Below, piece by piece: positions 10,201-19,600 of a stretch of 51,304 nt of DNA; positions within the stretch are counted from its first letter, which is position 1; each line of letters begins with the position of its first letter. The notes under the pieces are model-generated. The model made no database searches and was not told where the DNA came from. It worked only from the letters and a program-made list of their open reading frames with translations. The stretch is from an uncultured Clostridiaceae bacterium (GTDB lineage Bacteria > Bacillota > Clostridia > TANB77 > CAG-508), in the NCBI GenBank assembly GCA_947167695.1, contig CAMVIX010000004.1, positions 1 to 51,304 on the forward strand, given 5' to 3'. Position numbers and translations under genes: made by a program.

Positions 10201-12440
10201 GCTAAGCCACACCTTAAATAACTCCCTTCTAGTAAATCATGGCTTAAAACTGTATTTTCAGGTATTTGGTTTGTTACAATATCTGAAAACATTTGCAAAT
10301 TATAAATACCTTTTCCTGTATAAATTCCCTCGTCAAAATTATCTTGGTATACATCAGATACTGCATTTGTATAAGGTTCTGTGCCTCCTCCATTTGCAAA
10401 AATTTTACTAAAGCCTGAACTGAAGCTTGAATTTAAGTCTATTCCTATTCTCGGTTGCAATATAGCATGGCCTGAGACCACCCTTCCGCTTTGGGCAATA
10501 GGCATGTTTAAAACATGCTCCATTGCTCCTATTAATTCTAGCCCAGAATTTAGCACAAGATTTGTATCTGCATCTAATGTAATAATATATTTTATTTTAG
10601 GCATAAACTCTAATTGATTTATTATTGTGTTTACTCTAAAATCATTTGTACTTGCATCTCTTAAAAACTCATTAAATTGTATTAGCAGTCCTCTCTTTCT
10701 CTCCCACCCTAAGTAGCAAGCTTCTTTTGAATTCCAAGTTCTTTTTCTGTATAAAAAATGAAATATATTAAAATCTTCACTTTGATATTTTTTATTTAGA
10801 TTTTTTACCTGCTTTAATCCTTCTTCAATTATTTCTTTATCAAAATTCTCTTCTTGCTTATCTCCTGCTGTTACATCACCTAGTATTGCATAATATATGT
10901 TTTTGCTTTTATTGGCTAATGAATACACCTCTAATTTTTTTGCAATTTCTTTTACTTTTTCTCTGTTTTGCAGTATTGTAGGAATTACAACAAATGTTGC
11001 AGCTTCCTCTGGTACACCGCTACTAAAATCCAGCTTTGGTATTCGCTTTGGTTTTACAATTTTAGATAAAATGTACACTATAACTTGCATTACTATTTCT
11101 GTAAGTGGTAAGTATAGTATAATTACCGAAAGTAAGGATAAAATGAAATTCCTGCTTTTACTGTAAAATAGTACATAAAACAAAAAGCAAAAATAAAGTG
11201 GCAATATTATATTTGCCCCCATATATAATTTAGATTTTTCTTCGTAATTTGTTTCCTTTCTTCTTATTTCTAGTTTTTTATATAAAGTGTTTATGTCTTC
11301 AAAAAGGAAATAACCTATATGGCTTCTCTTTTCTTGCATTTTTCTCTCTGGCTCACTTAAGTTTCTAGCATTCTTTTCTTTTTCTATTTTTGCCATATCA
11401 AGTAGAGTTTTTGCTATATATATTTCTGAAATATTGCTTTTTCTTGAAATTTCTCTTATTTTACTTTGATAATCATTTTTTGTGTTATAATCCATTTTCT
11501 CATATACACCTGACGGATCTTGCAGTAGCACTTCTTCTATTCCACCTATTTGTTTTGAAATTTCGGCGAAATCCATATGTGATATTTCTTTAAGACTTAT
11601 AATAAGATTTCCCATACTTACTTTGTTTGTTGCATTTGTAAAGTGTACTTGCTTTATTACATCTCCAACACTTAATCCTATTTTATTTATTTGCTCTTCT
11701 AATATATTCAAATATGGAATTCCTTTTTTCCCATAACTTTTTAGTTTATATGATAAATATTCTATATATGCATAGCTCATTCTTTCATTAATTTTTTTTG
11801 TTATCTTTACTTGGTTCTTGAAGTTTAGCTTATTTTTTTCTTTTTGCTCAACCAATCTTTCTATTATGCTTTCAACTTTATATTTCTGCACTTGCGAACT
11901 TGCTATTTTATCACAAATCTCACGTATATTTTGTATTATGGCTAAACTTAAAAAAATTGGGAAACTCCATATTTCTTCAATTGTTAGAAGTTTTTTTCTT
12001 TGATATGAGCTTAAGAATAATTTAATTCCATCTTCATCTATTTTTCCATCGGTATAATTTACTATCTCTTCTGCCAGCACATAAATTCTTGCAAAACCTT
12101 TATATCTACCACTTGCTATACCATTTAAGTTTTTATATCTTTTTTCAGTTAGTTCTTTTTCTATAAATTTAGCCCTTTCCTCTATAATATAAAAATTATC
12201 TAAAATCCATTCTCCTGCTGGTTCTATCAGTATTTTTAGCTTTGCATGCTCATTTAAAATAGAATACGTATTTGAAATTATGTTAAAATTATTTTTTAAA
12301 TCTCGTATTGGGTATGTGGTTTCATCTGAATATCCTCTAACTATTTGTTCTGATGCAAGTTTTTCCAAATAATTGCATAACATATTCCTATCTAAGACTG
12401 CACCTTTTATATTTAAGCTCAAACTTTTTATTTTTTTCAA
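4278..12440 (-). CDS. ndvB: Cyclic beta-1,2-glucan synthase/phosphorylase (NdvB/Cgs-like; GT84, glucoamylase-like and GH94 regions), ~2719 aa when read with three +1 shifts at CGG (9923, 9805, 8637)
   Basis: GWERKRG, TLDADT, SHDLLEG, RWIRGDWQ (synthase); SYYDLLASEAR, SWSGTAFEY, YMAHHQG; QSGGAYGFRDQLQD, GSGDWNDG, ENGGQYTHAA, GRGGWTWYTGS (GH94). Three ORFs plus a 39-codon bridging frame are joined exactly by skipping the C of in-frame CGG codons; TTG start after AAGGAG. Confidence 0.85.
8635..8637 (-). other. CGG +1 recoding site (ndvB, third)
   Basis: GAG GTC C GGA ATT CCG TGG GGA restores EV-GIPWGISE. Confidence 0.8.
9803..9805 (-). other. CGG +1 recoding site (ndvB, second)
   Basis: TTT GAC C GGG GTA ACA joins the bridging frame to the 402-aa ORF. 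Confidence 0.75.
9921..9923 (-). other. CGG +1 recoding site (ndvB, first)
   Basis: ATA GTA C GGA CTA ATT GCA restores the TM helix IIV-GLIAVSIPAILAIA. Confidence 0.8.
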
Positions 12441-12536
12441 AGTTTTCCTCTCCTTAAAGTTTGTTTTTTCGTTTTATTTCTATTTTTTCTTAATATTGCA
12501 AAATTTATGCATATGGGAATTTTTTACAATTTTAAT

Positions 12537-12565
12537 TTGACTTTGTTTGAAATTTGTGGTAAAAT
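12537..12565 (+). promoter_or_regulatory. SigA-type promoter with extended -10
   Basis: TTGACT-17 bp-TAAAAT with TG immediately upstream of the -10. Confidence 0.6.
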
Positions 12566-12618
12566 ATAATTGAGTATTACCCTTTTTAATAAACACTATA
12601 GAAAGGAAGTGAGTTTAC

Positions 12619-12786
12619 ATGTCAGAAAGCAAAAAAAATTCTAGAATATTCCGCGATTCTTTGACAGTAATAAACCATCCGAGAGCACTTAGGTTGCCAA
12701 AAGATTTTTTTGAAAATATAGAATCTAAAGTTGAAGATAAAAAAACTAAAGATCCAGAATATTCAAAACAAATTGAAGATAGATAA
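12619..12786 (+). CDS. Small charged protein (55 aa), the only credible plus-strand gene
   Basis: AGAAAGGAAGTG RBS, ATG 12619, MSESKKNSRIFRDSLTVINHPRALRLPKDFFENIESKVEDKKTKDPEYSKQIEDR*; upstream promoter and downstream hairpin; below the ORF-track length cut-off. Confidence 0.6.
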   Translation: MSESKKNSRIFRDSLTVINHPRALRLPKDFFENIESKVEDKKTKDPEYSKQIEDR

Positions 12787-12808
12787 AAAATGAAAATTCA
12801 ATTAAATT

Positions 12809-12925
12809 GGGTACAGGTTTATAAACCTGTACCCTTAGCCTTGTTGTATAGGAAGAAACACACTTTTGGCCAAAGCGTGAGCCAAAGGGGACACACCTTT
12901 TCTAGAAATGTCCCCTTTGGCTCAC
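12809..12925. repeat. Composite REP-like pair: GGGTACAGGTTTATAAACCTGTACCC plus GTGAGCCAAAGGGGACA...TGTCCCCTTTGGCTCAC
   Basis: Two palindromes about 40 bp apart between convergent genes; family members elsewhere in the window. Confidence 0.8.
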
Positions 12926-12937
12926 CTTTGTTCTAGC

Positions 12938-13650
12938 TTACATAAAATAATTAATTATTCCTAAATAAATTCCCCACGCAAGCTTATCTTGGTATTCATC
13001 TGTTTGTAGCAACTTTTCTTCTTCTGCATTTGACAAAAAACCACATTCTACAATAGCAGTTGGAATCTTTACATTGTCTATTATGTATTTGTTTTCTATT
13101 TTAAGTGCTTCACGCTTATTTTGCTTTTGTATAGCCCCGTTTAATCCATTTTGAATTGATATAGCTAAATTTTTGCTGTTTTCGTCGTTTTTTCTAAAAA
13201 ATGTCTGCCATCCCCAATACTGAGATTCACCTATTTTATTTAAATGTATTGATACAAATATATCTGCATTACTATTGTTCCCTATTTCCACTCTATTTTT
13301 CATATCACTTATCTTTTTGCTACGAATACTTGTGCTGTCGCTAGAATAAATTCCATTTTCATCAGATCTAGTGAGTATGACTTCACATCCCGCCTGCTCT
13401 AATAAATGCTGAACCTTTTTTGTAATTTTTAAGTTAATACTACTTTCACTAACTCCGTTTTTTCCGTACAGCTCCTTCATCTGGAAGGCCATGGCCGAGC
13501 ATCTAGAACAATAACTTTATCTGAAACTGGAGTAGCCATTGTTTCTATAGACTGCTGTTTAAAGTTTGCAACAGAATAAAAACATGTAAATAAAGAAATT
13601 CCAATAAAATACGCACATAGAAGTAATCTTTTTTTATGTAAAATTATCAT
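12938..13650 (-). CDS. cwlD: N-acetylmuramoyl-L-alanine amidase CwlD (Amidase_3), 236 aa with two +1 shifts at CGG (13497, 13466)
   Basis: Reconstructed MIILHKKRLL...VIVLDAGHGLPDEGAVGKNGVSESSINL...TR...RVEIGN...SIHLN...WGWQTF...VECGFLSN; N-terminal TM; length typical of CwlD. Confidence 0.85.
13464..13497 (-). other. Two CGG +1 recoding sites 31 nt apart in cwlD
   Basis: GAT GCT C GGC CAT GGC (DA-GHG) and GCT GTA C GGA AAA (AV-GK). Confidence 0.85.
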
Positions 13651-13717
13651 AGTTATCCCTCTTAAGTATATTTTATGTCTTAGAACTATTCATTATTCAT
13701 TAAATTAAAGAACATAG

Positions 13718-13860
13718 GTGAGCCAAAGGGGACACACCTCTTCGAGGAATGTCCCCAATTTGGCTCACGCCAAGCATTTGAGTTGATTTTTCCTATATAA
13801 GAACGAAGATGGGCCAAAGGGGACACACCTCTTTTACGAGGAATGTCCCCTTTGGCTCAC
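13718..13860. repeat. Composite REP-like pair (two GAGCCAAAGGGGACACACC...GAATGTCCCC...GGCTCAC hairpins)
   Basis: Copies at 13718-13768 and 13810-13860 with a conserved spacer. Confidence 0.8.
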
Positions 13861-13861
13861 G

Positions 13862-14791
13862 TCAGTCACTTTTTCTTCTGTCAATTGCATAACTGCTTCC
13901 CATTATTGTTTTTGCTATATGTTTTATCTGTGCTCCTACTTCTCCTATTTCAAGTATGTTACTAAATCTTTTTGTTTCTACTATTACAACACCTATTGAA
14001 ATAGATGTAAGAGGGAATTGTTCTATTATATTTCTTCTATTTGCAACTTCTAAATAGCCTCTCCTTGCATCTTCTTCTGTAAAATACTCTGTAACCTTTG
14101 CATCAAATTCAGCAATAATGTCCTGGCAAATTGATTCCGATTTTTTGCTATCCACTATCGCAATAAAATCGTCTCCACCGATATGCCCAACAAATGAATT
14201 TTCAATCTCACACGCATGAACATGTTTTAATATTGTTCTTGCAGTAAATTTTATAATTTCGTCTCCCTTTAAGAAGCCATAAACATCATTATATGATTTG
14301 AAATTATCCAAATCCAAATATAAAACAGCGAACTCTTCTTTGTTAGATAATCTCTTTTTTAATTCTGCATGTATTTGCACATTTCCTGGAAGACCTGTAA
14401 GTGGGCTAACTCTTCTGTTTGTATTAATTAAACGAAGTATGTTTCTTACCGTGTAGTAAAACTCATCTTTGTCTATTGGCATATTTATATAATATTCTAC
14501 TGCACACGATAAAATATCTATACGATGCCTTTTTTCTGCTTTTGATGAAAGGACTATTATAGGCGTAATGCTATTGTCTTCATCGTTTCTAATTTTCATG
14601 CATAAATCTAATGCAGAAATATTTACACTATCTTCATTTATAATAAATAGTTCTGGAATGTTTCTAAGAGCTGATTCTAGTTTTTCTGCTTTTGCTCTTT
14701 TAAACTTATATTCTTTTTCACCCTTAAATGCCTCTTTTGCATCTTGAATTAAATTGTTTTCATCATCAATTATAAATATTTCGTGCTCCAT
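13862..14791 (-). CDS. Receiver-like plus GGDEF-domain diguanylate cyclase
   Basis: IFIIDDE...TPIIVLS receiver-like N-terminus; SPLTGLPGN, LDLDNFKSYNDVYGF, GHIGGDDF. Confidence 0.85.
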   Translation of the reverse strand: MEHEIFIIDDENNLIQDAKEAFKGEKEYKFKRAKAEKLESALRNIPELFIINEDSVNISALDLCMKIRNDEDNSITPIIVLSSKAEKRHRIDILSCAVEYYINMPIDKDEFYYTVRNILRLINTNRRVSPLTGLPGNVQIHAELKKRLSNKEEFAVLYLDLDNFKSYNDVYGFLKGDEIIKFTARTILKHVHACEIENSFVGHIGGDDFIAIVDSKKSESICQDIIAEFDAKVTEYFTEEDARRGYLEVANRRNIIEQFPLTSISIGVVIVETKRFSNILEIGEVGAQIKHIAKTIMGSSYAIDRRKSD

Positions 14792-14803
14792 AATATTCCC
14801 TCT

Positions 14804-15539
14804 CTAATCTCTTTTTCTCCATGTTTTCATATTTGGAAATGCTTTCCTTAATCTTTGTGTTTGTTTTTCAATTTTTTCTTTTAATTCTGTTTGTTTTGTT
14901 TTTAGTTCTTCTATAGTTGATTTTAGCCTGTCGCTTTTCTTTGCTTTTTCTGGTAAGTTTTTAAATTCTTCAATTTTTTCTTTTAAGTTATTGGTAATTT
15001 CACTTAATGTTTTTAAGCTAATATTTATATCTTTTATTTTTATTACAGTTATCCAGAAATCAATTACTAAGTAGATAACTAGTGCAAGAGTTCCATAATT
15101 AATTACAGCAGTAGGTATATTTGAAATAAGACCTACGGTTACAGGGTGTATCAGCTCAGTAAATGCTACGCCTAAAAAACCCCACGTAAGTGAATTTACT
15201 AGACATACTCTACCTTTTATATTAAACTTATAAAATGAGTAATCCCAATATTTTGTAGAAAATAATTTTTCTAATAGCCATCCCACAAAGTATTCCCATA
15301 CTGAAAACACAAAAAAGCTTACAATAAATGTTAAAATATAATTTCCCTGAAATGAACTTAATATAAGCATCATTCCGTACAGCGCCTAATCCATATATTG
15401 GGCAAAATGGTCCGTATAAAAAACCACTATTGACAAATTTTTTTTGCGATATAGTTTTAACCACACTTTCAAGCACCCATCCAAAAAAAGAATAGATGAA
15501 AAAGAAACTAATTAAATTTATCACTTGCTGCATACTCAT
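14804..15539 (-). CDS. Putative ABC transporter permease-like (CmpB family) membrane protein, 244 aa with one +1 shift at CGG 15377
   Basis: FFIYSFFGWVLE...GFLYGPFCPIYGLGAV-GMMLI...EYFVGWLLEKLF..YWDYS...NIKGRVCL; junction GTA C GGA. Confidence 0.8.
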
Positions 15540-15568
15540 ATAATTGTATTTCCTTTCTTGACACTTTA

Positions 15569-15596
15569 AGCAGAGAGCTATATTTTGCTCTCTGCT
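15569..15596. terminator. Intrinsic terminator-like hairpin
   Basis: AGCAGAGAGC-loop-GCTCTCTGCT just downstream of the stop at 15607. Confidence 0.55.
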
Positions 15597-15606
15597 ATTT
15601 TTTAAT

Positions 15607-16542
15607 TTAGTCTAATGAATACGTACATTTTCCATAGAATGTGGTTGCATCTATTCCTTCTTTATTACGTGCATTTATTATGATATAATTGTCTCCTAGT
15701 TCCAAATCTATTCTATATTCACATTCTTTTTCATTTTCTTGCTGACTTATCCATTTGTATTTCTTTCCATTTAGCTCATATTCTACATAGTCGAGTCCTA
15801 CATCATCTGTTACATAAATAGTTAGGTATTCTCTGTTTTGGCGTGGCATATGTATAGTTGGTTTTGTTTTTACATCACATATTTTAGTTTTTGTAGCCAT
15901 GTTGTTATATGCATCAACAGCAACTACAGTTAGTGTGTTTTCTCCTTTTATAACATCTACATCGGTTTCAATTTTTTTGTTGTCATCTGTTGGCTCTATT
16001 TTTGTTTCTTCTTCTTCATTCCATCTATATGTTATATATGCTATTTCATTTTCATCTGTAGCTATAATGTGAATTTTGCTTCCTGCTGTTGATAAATCTA
16101 TAATTGGCTCATCTATGTCTATTTCACTATTTCTGGAATCATATGTGTTGGTGTATGAGCCCTGAATTCCTATGTTATCTGTAACCCAAACATTAAGTAC
16201 ATTTCTTCCTTCTGGCATTTCAATTAGTTCTTCTTTAAACTTACTATTTCTTCCGGATATTGTTACTTCTTCGCCGTTATTCCAGCTATATGTAATTTTA
16301 TCTATTGGTTTATCATGTGTTACTGCAATTCTAACATAATTTGAATTTACAACACTTGTTTCGATGCTAGGTGGATTCGTGCTTACGGGTCCTTGCCTTT
16401 GCACCAATTTAATTATTCCATAAGTTCCAAATCCAATAGTAATTACTCCAAACACTATCATTGCTATGCTGAAAAATCTAATTATATTTTTTATATCTAC
16501 TTGTTTTTTACTAGCAACATCTTCATATAATATTTGGTTCAT
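15607..16542 (-). CDS. Single-TM membrane protein with three tandem Ig-like beta repeats
   Basis: N-terminal TM; repeated I-x-x-I-T-Y-x-W-N...G-x-N-x-L-x-V-x-x-x-D pattern. Confidence 0.65.
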   Translation of the reverse strand: MNQILYEDVASKKQVDIKNIIRFFSIAMIVFGVITIGFGTYGIIKLVQRQGPVSTNPPSIETSVVNSNYVRIAVTHDKPIDKITYSWNNGEEVTISGRNSKFKEELIEMPEGRNVLNVWVTDNIGIQGSYTNTYDSRNSEIDIDEPIIDLSTAGSKIHIIATDENEIAYITYRWNEEEETKIEPTDDNKKIETDVDVIKGENTLTVVAVDAYNNMATKTKICDVKTKPTIHMPRQNREYLTIYVTDDVGLDYVEYELNGKKYKWISQQENEKECEYRIDLELGDNYIIINARNKEGIDATTFYGKCTYSLD

Positions 16543-16615
16543 GTTATTACCTCACTTATCTTTTTATAGAGAAATTATAACATAATGTTTTTTAGTTGTA
16601 AATAATTAGGGGACA

Positions 16616-16674
16616 AAAATTTAGCAAATCTGGGGACAGGTTTATAAACCTGTCCCCAGATTTGACTAAATTTT
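16616..16674. repeat. REP-like palindrome TCTGGGGACAGGTTTATAAACCTGTCCCCAGA with extended arms
   Basis: Near-perfect inverted repeat downstream of the adhesin; same core as at 12809 and 49987. Confidence 0.8.
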
Positions 16675-16697
16675 GAAGAGAAAATCAATTTTTTCTA

Positions 16698-19600
16698 TTA
16701 TTTAAGTACATATTTTTTTATTAATGCAATTCCTATAGCAAAAATTGTTATAGATATTACTGTTAAAATAATATATGATGGTTCAATACCTGTCCTTATT
16801 GTAAGAATTACTGGTGCATCGTCTATATCATCTTCTCCATCTTTTTTATTGTTTGGAGTAGAGTCTATATCTTTTGATCCATGTTCATTATAATCTTCAC
16901 TAATTTCTGCTATGTTTACTTTTAGTCCAACATTTTCTCCATCATTAATCCATGTTAGAATTACTGTTACTGTAGCACTTTGTCCTGGTTTTAATAATGT
17001 GTTTTCAAGCTTTCTTGTAACAATTTTACCATCTTTTTCTTCCCAACCTGGATTATCTTCTTTTACAAATTTTAAACCTTCTGGGATATAGTCTGAAACT
17101 TCTTTTGCGTATCCTTCAATTTCACCTTCGTTCGTAACTTTTATTGTATATTCAAATTTAACCGTTACATCATTAAGGTTCTTTCTATCTAAATCTACTT
17201 TTACTGTTGGCTCTGGATTTTCAAGTCCTGTATGTCCAGTATTTGTTTCAGTTGTCTGGCCGTTTTCTGTAACAATTGCTTTACTTACCCATTTTAATAA
17301 CGATAAATCAAAGTATTTTACTTTTAAATATTCTTTATCAATGTCGTCTTCTCCAGGTTTATTGTTGTTTGGAGTAGAGTCTTCATCTACTATGTCATTT
17401 CCATTTTCATCACTATCATCAGTAATTTCTGCTGTGTTAATGATTATTCTATTTGATGCTAGATTTGTCTCTGTTACTTTAAACGCAATTTGTAAGTCTC
17501 TGTAATCCGGATTGCCATCAGCTATTTCTGCTGTCTTGTCAAAGGCTTTTAGTAAATTGTCTTCTTCTCTTTCATCAGATTTTTCTTTTGATAGATAATC
17601 TGTTGAAACTGTTTTGCCATCTTCAGCTAATTTCCATTCGTATTTTGTATTTATTTCATGTTTTGGAAGATAAGCAAGTCCTTCAGGAATGTCATCTGTA
17701 ACCTCTTTTGCATATCCTGCAGTATTTCCTTCATTAAACACACGAATTGTATAAATAACTGTATCGCTGTTTGCAACAAGTATTGGATCTTTTGGATGTG
17801 TATACTTTAAGTTTTCGTCCTCACCCATTGTTACAACTGGATATCTTGTAGTTACATCTTCTGAATTTATTTTTGTAATAAACTTACGAAGTGCTAAATC
17901 AAAGTATTGTAGCTTAATTTGTTCGTAGTCATCATCATCTTCTTGCCATGAAGAATTGTCTTCTGGTATTTCTTCATTTTCGTATTTGTCTAGGTCTACA
18001 TTCTTTGGAGTAGAGTCTTCGTCATCGCCACTATCGTTTGTTATTTCAGCGATATTTCTTAAAATTCTCTCTGAAGTATTTGGCTCTGTTACATAAAATT
18101 CAACTAAAACATCTTTATAGTCTAAAACCTTAGTTTCTTTATTAAATGCCTTTATTTCCTTATTTGCAAGGTAATCTGTTGTAATAGTTTTTCCATCTTC
18201 TGAAACTTCCCATTTATAAGTTTCGTTTATTGTACTATTTTCTACAAATCTTAAACCTTCTGGAATATAGTCTGTAATTTGGGTTGCAGTTCCATCTTGC
18301 TTTCCTTCATTATAAACACGAATTGTATATACAACTGTATCACCATTTTTTACAACTATAGGATCCTTTGGATGTGTATATGTAGCAGTATGTTTTGTTC
18401 CATCAGATAGTCCAGACACATCAACTCTTGGAATTCTATTAGTTATTTCAGTACTGTTTATTTTTGTAATGAATTTACGTAAGCTTAAGTCGAAGTTTCC
18501 AAGTACCAAATATTCTTTATCTATGTCGTCTTCTTTATCTTTGTTATTATCTGGCACTGAATCTCTGTCTTCTACAGGATTTCCACTTTCATCGCTATCT
18601 TCACTTATTTCAGCTATATTGATTAATGTTCTATCTGAACTGTTTGGTTCTATTACCTCAAATGCTACTTTTACATCTCTGTAGTCTAAAGTCTTTGCAT
18701 CTTTATTGAATTTTGCTATTAAGTTATCCTCACTTACAGCCTTTGAAAGATAATTTGTTGTGATTTTTTTACCATCTTCTGATAGCTTCCACATATATTC
18801 TTTGTTTGTTTCATTATCTACAACAAATTTTAGTCCTTCTGGAATATTATCTGTAATTTCTTCAGCAAATCCAGCTACTTCACCTTCATTGTATATTCTA
18901 ATTGTATATGTTACTATATCTCCAGTTTTTACTAATATAGGGTCCTTTGGGTGTTCATAGCTAGCTGTTGTTACTGTTCCTGCAGCTAATTTGTTTAAAG
19001 ACTCATTTGTTGGCTTTGGAACTCTTGTTGTAATATTAGTATTGTTTACTTTTGTTATAAACTTACGTAGACTTAAATCAAATGGTTTTTCTTCTGGCTT
19101 AAGTATTAATGGTTCGAAATCATCATCATCTTCTTGCCATGAAGAATTGTCTTGTGGTATTGTGTCGTTTTCATATTTATCTAAATCCACATTGTTTGGG
19201 GTAGAATCTATGTCCTCTACTTCTTTGCCATTCTCATCAAGGTCTTTGCTTATTTCTGCTATATTCCTTAAAGTTCTATTAGATGTGTTTGGTTCTGTTA
19301 CTTCACATACAACTTCTACATCTTTATAACTTAATGCTTTAGCATCTTTATCAAATTTCTTGATTAAATTTTCACTTTCTCCCTCAATAAATTTCAAATA
19401 ACTTGTTGTAATTTTCTTGCCATCTTCTGATAATTCCCATTTGTACTTTTTATTTGTTTCATTTTCTTCTACAAATTTTAATCCTTCTGGAATATAGTCT
19501 GTTATCTCTTCTGCATATCCATCTATTTCACCTTCATTAAATACGCGAATTGTATATGTAACTAAATCTCCTGTTTTTACCAAAAGCGGATTTTTTGGAT

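Noticed and set aside
12809-13860. CRISPR array
   Set aside because: Repeats are dispersed hairpins without regular unique spacers, and no cas genes are present.
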